Of a stretch of 64,000 nucleotides of DNA, positions 1-10,200 are shown piece by piece. Origin of the DNA: Candidatus Tectimicrobiota bacterium (GTDB taxonomy: Bacteria; JACPUC01). Every line of letters begins with the position of its first letter. Within the stretch, counting starts at the first letter, position 1. The translations under genes and the position numbers were made by a program. Under the pieces are notes generated by a model. The model was not told the origin of the DNA and searched no databases. It saw only the letters and a list, made by a program, of their open reading frames with translations. Where the stretch lies: positions 1 through 64,000 of the forward strand of contig JACPUC010000002.1 in the NCBI GenBank assembly GCA_016192455.1. Reading direction: 5' to 3'.

Positions 1-259
1 AGGGTTGGTCGTGCGGAACTTGCGTGGCATAACACCCCCACCAGCAAACAGCGGAACAGGGCCGGCACCCCGCCGGTTGCGAACACCTCACAGTCTACCA
101 AAAACCAGACGCCTGCGGGGGTTTCTCCGACAGGCTCCTAGGGCGGGATGCCGGGGGAGCGAGCTGCCATGGCTTGCCGGCTTGCGCCCCGCTCGTGTGC
201 CGCATGCCCTGGCGTTGCGGCGGCGGGCAGGGCGGGCTGGAGAACATAGAGGAGAGCCC

Positions 260-904
260 GTGCTTGATATCGCCCGCAAGGAGTTTGCGAGGTACGTCTA
301 TCAGTTGCGTCCCTCACTCGATCCTGTCCTTGTCGATATGGAGGCCCTCGCGAAAGAGAAACGCTTTCCCATCGTCGGGCCGCTTGTTGGCCAGCTCATC
401 GAGGTGCTCACCTACCTGCAACAGCCGCGACGCGTCTTTGAGATGGGCTCGGGGTATGGCTACTCCGCTTACTGGTTCGCCCGCGCCATGCCGGCCGACG
501 GGGAGGTGATCTGCACGGGGAGCGCCAGGAGCGCCGAACGCGCCCGCCAGTTCTTCACGCGCGGCCGGCTTGCCCATAAGCTGCGCTACGAGGTAGGCGA
601 CGCCCTGGAGGTGATCGACCGCATTCCCGGCGACTTCGATGCGATCCTCATCGACATCGACAAGCACCAGTACCCCGAAGCCTGGCGGAAGGCCTCGAAG
701 CGCGTCCGCGTCGGCGGCCTCATCATCACCGACAACCTGCTGCGCTTCGGTTTCGAGAAAGATCACACGCCCTTGAACGATGATCCCGACCCAGGCGTTC
801 AGGGGTTGAAAGAGTTCGCCCGCCTCGCCTACGCCGACCCTAACTTCTCCACCACCATCGTCACGGTCCGCGACGGGGTTGGACTCAGCGTGCGGATCGC
901 CTGA
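260..904 (+). CDS. SAM-dependent O-methyltransferase (caffeoyl-CoA OMT/YrrM-like family)
   Basis: Motifs FEMGSGYGYSA, FDAILIDIDK..YP, GGLIITDN and C-terminal VRDGVGL; GTG at 260 preceded by AGAGGAG. Confidence 0.85.
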   Translation: MLDIARKEFARYVYQLRPSLDPVLVDMEALAKEKRFPIVGPLVGQLIEVLTYLQQPRRVFEMGSGYGYSAYWFARAMPADGEVICTGSARSAERARQFFTRGRLAHKLRYEVGDALEVIDRIPGDFDAILIDIDKHQYPEAWRKASKRVRVGGLIITDNLLRFGFEKDHTPLNDDPDPGVQGLKEFARLAYADPNFSTTIVTVRDGVGLSVRIA

Positions 905-927
905 CGCGGCGGAGTCAGGAGCCTTCC

Positions 928-1215
928 ATGGCGCAACGCTTTACGATTGGTGACGCGGTGACGGTCAAGTTCATCTTCCCCGTCGGGCATGTGCGGACGC
1001 CGCCGTACGTCCGCGGCAAGACCGGCGTCATCCTCGGCTGCCACGGCGACTTTCGGAACCCCGAGACGCTCGCCTACGGAGGTGACGGCCTGCCGCGCCT
1101 GCCGCTCTATGCCGTCGGTTTCGAGGCCCGGCACGTAGCGGGGAACGACAGCCTGTCGCCGCGCGATCGGGTCGTCGTGGACATCTTCGAGCATTGGCTC
1201 GAGCCGGCCGCGTAG
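928..1215 (+). CDS. Nitrile hydratase beta-subunit C-terminal (SH3-like) domain as a standalone protein (thiocyanate hydrolase alpha-type)
   Basis: FTIGDAVTV...GHVRTPPYVRGKTGVI...LYAVGF...DIFEHWLEPA; AGGAG RBS upstream of ATG. Confidence 0.85.
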   Translation: MAQRFTIGDAVTVKFIFPVGHVRTPPYVRGKTGVILGCHGDFRNPETLAYGGDGLPRLPLYAVGFEARHVAGNDSLSPRDRVVVDIFEHWLEPAA

Positions 1216-1441
1216 GTCCGCCCGCCCGGCATCCCCTCGGAGCTGCCGGCGCGGCGCCGGCAGGAGAGCCTGTCGGGCGTTGCGCCGGCACGGTGAGAGG
1301 AGCTGTGGGAGCACCCAAGCCGCCCCGTGCCCGCAGTGGGCTGCGACATATGGCGCGCGGCCCGCGTTCCAGATTGACCCGCCAGCGGCGCCCGCACTCG
1401 GCAGCGGCGCGAGCGGCGAGCATATAGAAGGGAAGGAACTC

Positions 1442-2107
1442 ATGGCAGAGAGCGCGCACGATCATGACCAGGATCACCGGCAGCTCCCCCCCATCGTTAT
1501 GGAGGATCACGAGCTGACCTACTTTGAGAAGCAACTCACGGCCATCCTCAACCTGCTCGTCGAGAAGAAGATCATCACCCTCGACGAGCTGCGCCGGACC
1601 ATCGAGGAGAACAACGCCGCCACGCCCGCGGTGGGGGCCCGCATCGTGGCCAAGGCCTGGACCGATGGGGAATTCCTCGCGGCGCTGCGGCAGAATGCCA
1701 ACGCCGCTATCGCCGGCATCGGCATCCGGCCCGACCGCCTCACCGAAGCCAAAATTGTCACCCCGGTCAACACCGAGAGCCTGCACCACGTCGTGGTCTG
1801 CACGCTTTGTTCCTGCTACCCGCGGCTGCTTCTCGGCCAGCCACCCGACTGGTACAAGAGCGAGGCCTACCGGCGACGGGTGGTCCTCGATCCGCGGGGC
1901 ACGTTGCTGGAGATGGGGCTGGAACTGCCGGCGAGCATGGAGGTGCGCGTTGTCGACAGCACGGCCGAGGTCCGCTACCTCGTCATCCCGCGCCGACCCG
2001 CCGGCGCCGAGGGCTGGGGCGAGGCTGAGCTGGCGCGCCTGGTGACGAAGGAGAGCATGGTCGGCGTCGCCGAGGCGCTCAGCCCGACGGCCGTGCTGAA
2101 CGGCTAG
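1442..2107 (+). CDS. Cobalt-type nitrile hydratase alpha / thiocyanate hydrolase gamma subunit
   Basis: Metal-binding motif VVCTLCSCYP, His-rich N-terminus (HDHDQDH), ARIVAKAW, VRVVDSTAE, RPAGAEGW; GAAGGA before ATG 1442. Confidence 0.92.
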   Translation: MAESAHDHDQDHRQLPPIVMEDHELTYFEKQLTAILNLLVEKKIITLDELRRTIEENNAATPAVGARIVAKAWTDGEFLAALRQNANAAIAGIGIRPDRLTEAKIVTPVNTESLHHVVVCTLCSCYPRLLLGQPPDWYKSEAYRRRVVLDPRGTLLEMGLELPASMEVRVVDSTAEVRYLVIPRRPAGAEGWGEAELARLVTKESMVGVAEALSPTAVLNG

Positions 2108-2262
2108 AGGCGCCCCGCATCGCTTCCCGCCACCCCCGCCTGCCCATCCGCTGGCACGGCTGCGGGGGAGCCTCATGCCTCCGCACCCAGGTTATTACGG
2201 GCCGCCTCCGCGTCTGGGCTCGGGGGCAAGGGGATCAGCGCTCTTGCAGCGCGCCGCCTGCC

Positions 2263-4584
2263 TCAGCCTCCTTTTCCGAGCCGCTGCCGCAGCGCCACCT
2301 CGAGCTCACGTGCCGCCGCCACCGCGGGGTCGAGCCAGCGCGCCACCGCGAGCTCCGCGGCGGCCTTGCTCAGGTGGTTCAGATTCAGGTAGGCGAGACC
2401 GAGGTTGGTATGCGCCACGGGATTCCCCGGGTTCTGCCGCGCCACGGTGCGAAACTCCGCCAGCGCCGCCTCGAATGCGCCTAGTCGCAGGTAGGCAACG
2501 CCGAGATTGGCGCGCGCGTCGAGCGACGACGGATCGGCGCGCAGGGCGATCTGAAAATCGTTCACCGCCTTCTCGACGAGCCCCCGCGTCAGGTAGGCAA
2601 CGCCGCGGTAGGTGCGGGCCGGCGCGAAGGTCGGACGCAGCCGCAGGGCGCGAAGTGTTTCCAGGATCGCCCTGTCGATCTCCCTGCGCGGCAGCCTGGT
2701 TTTTGCCAGATTGGTGTAGGCCACGGCATTGCTTTCATGGAGAGACAAGGACCGGAGACTCGCCGCCGCCGATTTGTCCCCTCGGCCAAGGCCCAGATAG
2801 GCTGCCGCAAGGTACGTGTGCCCGTTGGCGTTTCCCGGTTGGTCGTGCAGCCCCTTCCGCAGCTCCGGCAGCGCCCGCGCGAGTTCTCCCTGCCGCACCA
2901 GGGCGACGCCGAGGTTCACTTGCGCCGCCGGGTAGAGGGGCCTGGCGCGCAGCGCGGCGCGCAGGTGCGGCTCGGCCTTCTTCGGAAGGTTGAGCTGCAG
3001 GTAGGCCACGGCGAGGTTGTTGGAGGCTCCTCGCGTCTGAGGGTTGATCTGCAGTGCCGTGAGGATCTCGGCGGCAGCCTTGGTGGAGAGGTGGGTCTGC
3101 AGGTACGCCGTGGCGAGGGTAATGTGGGCTCCGGTGTTCTGAGGCTGCGTGGCGAGGAAGCGCCGCAAGGCGGCAACTGCCTTCTCCGGCTGCCGCCGTT
3201 TCAGGTACGCCATGGCAAGGTTGGTCACCGCCTGTTCGAGCTGGACGGGGGATGAAAGGGCAAGCTTGTTTTCGGCGACGGCGCGATCGACCAACCCGGC
3301 ATCCCGATAGGCGCGCCCCATGTTGATATGGGGGATCGGCGTCCGGGGTGATTTCCGGGTCGTGTCCCGCCAGAGGGTGGCGCTGTCGTGCCAGATGCCG
3401 ATGCGGCTGATCGTCAGGACAGCCAGCAGGGCAAGGCCGAGGCAGCCAAGGAGAGCGACGCGCCTCTCGAGCTTCGCGGCGCGCTGCCGCCACGCCGCCG
3501 CCAGGTGAGAGGCCACGGATGCTCCGAGGATCGCCACCCCCACCGCCGGCAGGTAGACGAAGCGCTCCGCCAGGAGGATCGGAATCGGCACCAGGTTTAG
3601 CACCGGCAGCAGCGCGAGGAAAAACCACGCCAGACCGAAGACCGCCGTGCGGTTCGCCCGCAGCAGCGCTCTGATGAGGAGGAGGATTGCGGCCAGCCCG
3701 AGGAGCGCGATGAGGAACCGCACCTGCAGGACGCTGCCGAGGGCGCGGGCATCGTAGTAGGCGTTGAGCTGCACCGGCAGGAGGAGCTTGGCGGGGTAGG
3801 TGACGAGGAGCACCGGCACGGTGATGAGGGTGGCGCCCAGGCTGCCGCCGTAGTAGGAGGGGAGCACTGCCCCCGCCGCCGAGTGCGACAGCATCGTGGT
3901 GACCGAGGCCGCCCCCGCCAGCACGAAGAACGGGGCGGTCAAGCCGACCCGGGGCCGCTTCAGCAGCAGATGGTACGCCACCAGGATGAGCGGCAGGGGG
4001 ACGGCGGTCGATTTTGACAGCAAGGCAAGCGTCGCGAGGAGAAGGGCGGCGGCGTAGCACCCACGCCGCAGCGGCGGCTGCCGCGTCGCGCTCTCATAGG
4101 CGAGGAACGCTGCGAGCAGGAACGCCTGGGAGAGGACGGTCTTGCGCTCGGCGATCCAGGCCACCGATTCCACCTGCATGGGGTGGAGACCGAACCAGAG
4201 CGCCCCGAGCAGGGCGATGCCCCCGGCGCCGACGAGCCGCGCCAGCAGGACGTAGACCAACGCGGCATCGAAACTGTGCAGGAGCACGCTGGTGAGGTGG
4301 TAGCCGAACGGGGCGAACCCCCAGAGCAGCCGATCGGGAAAGAATGAGAGGAGATGGACGGGGAGGTACTCGGTGAAGTAGAACGAGGTGAAGACCGCCT
4401 TCAGGCTGGCGAGGCTGGGGACTCCCAGGAAGGGGTTCTCGGTGACGTAGACCTCGTCATCCCAGTTGGTGAACCCGTTGCCCAGGCTGCGCAGGTAGAC
4501 CAGGAGCGTCAGGGCGAAGACCAGCCCGGCGAGGAGCCACAGCCCTCGTGCATCCCGTCGCCAGCCAGGCTCAACGTTCTCCAT
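2263..4584 (-). CDS. Multi-pass membrane protein with C-terminal TPR repeats (TMTC-like GT-C glycosyltransferase family)
   Basis: N-terminal GFTNWDD..YV motif, HPMQVESVAWIAERK, many hydrophobic helices, AERFVYLP, then repeated NLGVAY/NLAMAY TPR units. Confidence 0.8.
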   Translation of the reverse strand: MENVEPGWRRDARGLWLLAGLVFALTLLVYLRSLGNGFTNWDDEVYVTENPFLGVPSLASLKAVFTSFYFTEYLPVHLLSFFPDRLLWGFAPFGYHLTSVLLHSFDAALVYVLLARLVGAGGIALLGALWFGLHPMQVESVAWIAERKTVLSQAFLLAAFLAYESATRQPPLRRGCYAAALLLATLALLSKSTAVPLPLILVAYHLLLKRPRVGLTAPFFVLAGAASVTTMLSHSAAGAVLPSYYGGSLGATLITVPVLLVTYPAKLLLPVQLNAYYDARALGSVLQVRFLIALLGLAAILLLIRALLRANRTAVFGLAWFFLALLPVLNLVPIPILLAERFVYLPAVGVAILGASVASHLAAAWRQRAAKLERRVALLGCLGLALLAVLTISRIGIWHDSATLWRDTTRKSPRTPIPHINMGRAYRDAGLVDRAVAENKLALSSPVQLEQAVTNLAMAYLKRRQPEKAVAALRRFLATQPQNTGAHITLATAYLQTHLSTKAAAEILTALQINPQTRGASNNLAVAYLQLNLPKKAEPHLRAALRARPLYPAAQVNLGVALVRQGELARALPELRKGLHDQPGNANGHTYLAAAYLGLGRGDKSAAASLRSLSLHESNAVAYTNLAKTRLPRREIDRAILETLRALRLRPTFAPARTYRGVAYLTRGLVEKAVNDFQIALRADPSSLDARANLGVAYLRLGAFEAALAEFRTVARQNPGNPVAHTNLGLAYLNLNHLSKAAAELAVARWLDPAVAAARELEVALRQRLGKGG

Positions 4585-4995
4585 GACTTGCCCCTCGCCA
4601 GCTTGCCCGATGCGCCGGCAGAGCGGTTCCCGCGGCTGGCGCGATGCAGCGCCGGGCGAGAGCCGCCGCCTCGTCCCGCGCTCGGTCAGCTCTCAGCATA
4701 CCGAGAGGGCGCCCTCTCGAGCAATCCCCTTCCTGGTGTTTGGAAAGGAGCTGATGCGGGAGAGTTCCTTGGCGGTCCATCTTCCCGCAGCGCGACGGGC
4801 GTCGGCAGCGCCGGAAGCAGCTTTACAGGGACGCTTTGACGAAGGCGCCTCGGTTGTCCATTCTTGGGAAGAGAAGGGGGGCGGGATTCGTTTCCCAGGT
4901 GGCGCCTGCGCCGGCGGAGGCCAGCCGACGAACGCGCGCGCTCCACGAGAAGGCCGAGGCGGGGATCGGGGGAGTTCCCCATTCTCGGAAGTGCG

Positions 4996-5025
4996 TTGCC
5001 TCGATCTGAGTCACTCTGCTAGAGT
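4996..5025 (+). promoter_or_regulatory. Putative sigma70 promoter of the tkt operon
   Basis: TTGCCT-N18-TAGAGT with extended -10 TGc, about 100 nt upstream of tkt. Confidence 0.4.
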
Positions 5026-5124
5026 GCGAAAAGGTGTCGCCGCGGAGAAGTGGGGGGCCGCGGCCTCCGGATGTGCCATGGACGGCTGATGAGGTGGGCG
5101 CCGGGTTGTGATCGGAGAGGCGGC

Positions 5125-7143
5125 GTGGCGATAGCAAAGCAACTGGACATCGATGAGCTGTGCGTGACGACGATCCGCATGTTGGCGGTGGATTGCGTGC
5201 AGCAGGCGAGGTCGGGGCACCCCGGTGCGCCGCTCGGGCTGGCGCCGGCGGCCTACGTCCTCTGGGACCGCTTCCTCAAGCACCATCCGGCCAACCCCCG
5301 CTGGTGTGACCGCGACCGTTTCGTCCTCTCCGCCGGGCACGCGTCGGCCCTGCTCTACGCCCTCCTGCACCTCTACGGCTACGACATCTCTCTCGACGAC
5401 CTGCGCGCCTTCCGCCAATGGGGCAGCCCCTGCGCCGGCCATCCCGAGTATGACCTGGCCCGCGGCATCGAGACCACCACGGGGCCGCTCGGCCAGGGCT
5501 TCGGCAACGCCGTCGGCTTCGCCCTCGCCGAGGCGCACCTAGCCGCCCACTTCAATCGCCCCGGCCATGCCATCGTGGATCACTTCACCTACTGCCTGTG
5601 CAGCGACGGCGACATGATGGAGGGGGTCGCCTCCGAGACCGCCTCGCTGGCCGGGCATCTCGGCCTCGGCAAACTCATCGCCCTCTACGACGATAACCAT
5701 ATCTCCATCGAAGGCCGCACCGAGCTGGCGTTCAGCGAGGACGTAGGTGGCCGCTTCTCGGCCTATGGCTGGCACGTGCAGAAAGCGGACGGGCATGACC
5801 GCGGCGCCATCGCGGCGGCGATCGAGGCGGCGCGCGCGGCGACGGACCGTCCCTCCCTCGTCATCCTCGCCACCAACATCGGCTACGGCAGCCCCGTGCA
5901 GGATACCGCCAAGGCCCACGGCGAGCCGATGAGCGAAGCGGACCACTTGGAGACCAAGCGCTTTTACGGCTGGCCCCTCGATCAACCCTTCTTTCGCCCG
6001 GCGGAGGCTCTGGCCCACATGCGCCGGGCCGATCAGCGCGGCGCGGCCGCCGAGGCGGACTGGCAGCGGCGCTTCGACGCTTACCAGCGCTGGCACCCCG
6101 AGCTCGCCGCCGACTTCCTCCGGGGCATGGCGCACGAGCTGCCCGACGGCTGGGACGACGACCTCCCCATTTTCTCGCCGACGGAGAAGCCCCTGGCGAC
6201 GCGGGTCTCGGCGGGCGCCGCCCTGAACAGCTTCGGCGCCAGGCTCTCTGGGTACCTCATCGGCGGCTCGGCGGACCTGGCGCCCTCCACGAAGACGCTC
6301 CTCGACGGCCAGCCGGGCATCCGGCGCCATGAGTACGGCGGCGCAAACCTCCACTTCGGCGTGCGCGAGCACGGCATGGGGACGATTTGCAACGGCCTGG
6401 CGCTGCACGGCGGGGTGCGCCCGTACTGCTCGACCTTCCTGGTCTTCTCCGACTACATGCGGCCGTCGATCCGCCTGGCGGCGCTCATGCGGGCGCCGGT
6501 CATCTACGTCTTCACCCATGACAGCATCGGCCTGGGCGAGGATGGGCCGACCCACCAGCCGGTGGAGCACCTGGCCGCCTTGCGCGCCATTCCCCGCCTC
6601 GTCGTGCTGCGTCCGGCCGACGCCAACGAGGCGGCGTGGGCCTGGCATACGGCGCTCCAGCACCGCGCCGGTCCGGTCGCCCTCGTCCTTTCCCGGCAAA
6701 ACCTGCCGACCCTGGACCGCACGCGCCTCGCCGCCGCGCCGAATGTCGCCCGGGGCGCCTACGTCCTGGCCGAGGCGGAGGGGGGCGCGCCGAAGCTGCT
6801 GCTGCTCGCCAGCGGCTCGGAGGTGATCCTGGCCTTGCAAGCCCGGGAGAAGCTGCAGGCCGACGGCGTGCCGACGCGCGTCATCAGCATGCCGAGCTGG
6901 GAGCTCTTCGAGGCGCAGCCGCGGGCCTACCGCGACGAGGTGCTGCCGCCGCGCGTCTCCGCCCGCATCGCCATCGAGGCCGGCGTGTCGCTGGGCTGGG
7001 AGCGCTACGTCGGCGCGCGCGGCGCCACCATCACGCACGATGAGTTCGGCGCCTCGGCGCCCGCCGCCGTGGCGTTCGAGAAGTTCGGCTTCAGCGTGGC
7101 GCGGCTGCTGTCCGAAGCGCAGAGATTGCTGCGGCAGGCTTGA
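5125..7143 (+). CDS. tkt: Transketolase
   Basis: [36 protein letters not shown] (ThDP motif), [21 protein letters not shown]. Confidence 0.97.
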   Translation: MAIAKQLDIDELCVTTIRMLAVDCVQQARSGHPGAPLGLAPAAYVLWDRFLKHHPANPRWCDRDRFVLSAGHASALLYALLHLYGYDISLDDLRAFRQWGSPCAGHPEYDLARGIETTTGPLGQGFGNAVGFALAEAHLAAHFNRPGHAIVDHFTYCLCSDGDMMEGVASETASLAGHLGLGKLIALYDDNHISIEGRTELAFSEDVGGRFSAYGWHVQKADGHDRGAIAAAIEAARAATDRPSLVILATNIGYGSPVQDTAKAHGEPMSEADHLETKRFYGWPLDQPFFRPAEALAHMRRADQRGAAAEADWQRRFDAYQRWHPELAADFLRGMAHELPDGWDDDLPIFSPTEKPLATRVSAGAALNSFGARLSGYLIGGSADLAPSTKTLLDGQPGIRRHEYGGANLHFGVREHGMGTICNGLALHGGVRPYCSTFLVFSDYMRPSIRLAALMRAPVIYVFTHDSIGLGEDGPTHQPVEHLAALRAIPRLVVLRPADANEAAWAWHTALQHRAGPVALVLSRQNLPTLDRTRLAAAPNVARGAYVLAEAEGGAPKLLLLASGSEVILALQAREKLQADGVPTRVISMPSWELFEAQPRAYRDEVLPPRVSARIAIEAGVSLGWERYVGARGATITHDEFGASAPAAVAFEKFGFSVARLLSEAQRLLRQA

Positions 7144-7256
7144 AACGGTAGGCGTTGTACCACCTCGCAGGCAGGGAATGAAAGAGGCCGGGTTCGCCGT
7201 CATGCGAAGAGCCCCCTCGCCCCTTGCGTGGCGGAAAGAGTGTTGGAGCGTTGACC

Positions 7257-10200
7257 GTGCGCGTCGCCGTGGGTTCCGATCATGCCGGGTTTGCCCTGAA
7301 AGGCACGGTGGTCGCCGCCATCAAGGCGCTCGCGCATGAGGTCCTCGATCTTGGCGCCTCCAGCAGCGACGCCGTCGACTACCCCGACTACGCGGCGCGG
7401 GTCTGCGAGGCCATCCTGCGCGGCGACGCCGAGCGCGGCGTGCTCCTCTGCGGCAGCGGCATTGGCGTGGCCGTGGTGGCGAACAAGTTCCCCGGCATTC
7501 GCGCCGGCCTCTGCCACGACGTCTACTCGGCGCACCAGGGGGTGGAGCACGAGGACATGAACGTGCTGGCCCTCGGCGGCCGGATCATCGGCGCCGCCCT
7601 GGCGCGGGAGATCGTGACCTCCTTTTTGAACGCCTCGTTCCAGGCGGAGGAGCGTCACCTGCGCCGGGTTGCGAAGATTACCCAGATCGAGGAGCGCTGG
7701 CTCGGCGCGGGCGCGCGCCAGCCCTTGGGAGGTGCGGGGCGTATGGACAGGATCGCCAAAGTCCGCGAGCTTGGACAGAGCGTCTGGCTCGACTCCATCA
7801 GCCGCGATCTCGTCACCTCGGGCACGTTGCGGCGCCTCATCGAAGCGGACGGCCTGCTGGGTATGACGAGCAACCCCGCCATCTTCGAGAAGGCCATCAA
7901 CGGCAGCCCGGCGTATGACCAGGCGATTACCAGCCTAGCGCGGCAGGGCCTGGATGCCGCCGGCATCTACCAGGAGCTTGCCGTGGAGGACGTGCGGCTG
8001 GCGGCGGACCTCCTGGCGCCGGTGTACGCGCGCACCCAGGGGCTGGATGGCTACGTCAGCCTCGAGGTGTCACCCCTCCTGGCGCGCGACACGGAGGGGA
8101 CGATCCGCGAGGCGCGCCAGCTCTTCGCCGCGGTGGACCGGCCCAACATCTTCATCAAGGTGCCGGCCACCACGGAGGGGCTTCCCGCCATCCGCTCCCT
8201 CCTGGCGCAAGGCATCAACATCAACGTAACGCTCCTCTTCGCGGTGGAGCGCTACGTCGAGGTGGCGCAGACCTACCTCGACGGCATCGAGGAGCTGTTG
8301 GCGCGCGGCGGCGATGCCGGCACCGTGCGCTCCGTGGCGAGCTTCTTCGTCAGCCGCATCGACACCCTGGCGGATAGCTGGATCAACCAGCGCCTCGAGG
8401 GAGTCACCGACGCCGCGCAGCGCGGCCGCCTGGAGGCCCTGAAGGGCGTCCTGGCGATCGCCAACGCCAAGATCGCCTACCAGCGCTTCATGGAAATCTT
8501 CGGAAGCGAGCGCTTCGCCGCCTTGCGGGCCCAGGGCGCCCACGCGCAGCGGCTCCTGTGGGGAAGCACGAGCACGAAGAACCCGGCTTACGCCGATACC
8601 CTCTACGTCGACACCCTCATCGGGCCGGAGACCGTGAACACCATGCCGGAGGAGACCTTTCGCGCCTTCCAGGAGCACGGCGAGCCGGCGCTGACGCTCG
8701 AAGAAGGGCTGGAGGAGGCGCGCGCCCGTCTGCGGGATTTCGAGGCCTGCGGCTTCAGCATGCCGCAGCTTACGCAGCAGCTTCTTGATGAAGGCGTGGC
8801 GAAGTTCGCCGAGCCCTTCGAGAAGCTCCTGCGCGCCATCGAGGCGAAGCGGCTCCAGGCCGGCCCCGATCTCCTCGCCCAGGAGACGCGCTCCTGGGTG
8901 GCGATGCCGGGGGTGCAGAGCGAGATTCTCCAGCGCACCCTCAGCGGCATGCAGCAGCAAGGCTTCCAGCGACGGCTCTGGGAGAAAGACGCCAGCCTGT
9001 GGACGACTGACCCCACGCACCAGGAGCGCATCCGCAGCCGCCTCGGCTGGCTCACCGTCTGCCGGAGGCAGCGCCGCTTCCTCCCCGAGCTGCGCGCCTT
9101 TGCCGACGAGATCAGAGCTGCCGGCATGCGTCACGTCGTGCTCCTCGGCATGGGCGGGAGCAGCCTCGGCCCCGAGGTGCTGCGCCGCACCTTCGGTCCC
9201 CAGCCGGGCTACCCGCAGCTCTGCCTGCTGGACAGCACGGTGCCGGCCCAGGTGGCAAGCACCGCTGGGAAGCTGGACCTCGCGGCGACGCTCTTCGTGG
9301 TCTCGAGCAAATCCGGCGGCACCACCGAGTCGCTGTCGCTCTGCGCCTACTTCTACGATCAGCTCCGCAGCCGGCGCGGCGCCGGCGCCCACTTCGTCGC
9401 CATCACCGATCCCGGCTCGCCCCTGGAGGAGCTGGCGCGCCAGCGGCGGTTCCGGCGGGTCATCTCCGGCGAGCCGGAGGTCGGCGGGCGTTTCTCGGTG
9501 CTGTCGAACTTCGGCATGGCGCCGGCGGCGCTTGTGGGGCTCGATGTGGAGACGCTCCTCGAGCGCGCCGAGGGGATGATGCATCGCTGCGGCGCCAACG
9601 TCTCCTGCCGCGACAACCCCGGCATCGTGCTGGGGACGGTGCTCGGCATGCTCCAGAAAGCCGGCCGCGACAAGCTCACCCTGGTTCCCTCTCCCGGCAT
9701 CGCGGCCTTCGGCGCCTGGCTGGAGCAGCTCATCGCCGAGAGCACCGGCAAGATGGGGACGGGGCTGGTGCCCCTGGGCGATGAACCGGTGGGGCCGCCG
9801 GAGGTCTACGGACAAGACCGGGTGTTCATTTACCTCCGCCTCAGCGAATCCCCGGATGCCGCGCAGGAGGCGGCCCTTGAGGCGCTGCGGGAGGCGGGGC
9901 ACCCGGTGCTCCGCGTCACCGTGCCGGAACGCCTCGACCTCGGCGCGGCCTTCTACCTCTGGGAGATCGCCACCGCCACCGCCGGGGCGTTCCTGAAGAT
10001 CAATGCCTTCGACGAACCGAACGTGCAGGAGAGCAAGGACAACACGAAGGCGCTGCTGCGGGAGTTCGAGGCGAAGGGGCGGCTGCCGGAGCAGGAGCCG
10101 CTGCTGCGGGTTGACGGCATCAGCCTCTCGACCGATGCGGAGAACCACGCCGAGCTGAGCCGCGCCATCACCAGCCGGGGCCAGGACGCCGGCGCGCTCG

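Noticed and set aside
5012-5026. CIRCE (HrcA) element
   Set aside because: CACTC and GAGTG are separated by 5 nt, not 9, the TTAG/CTAA flanks are absent, and no chaperone gene is adjacent
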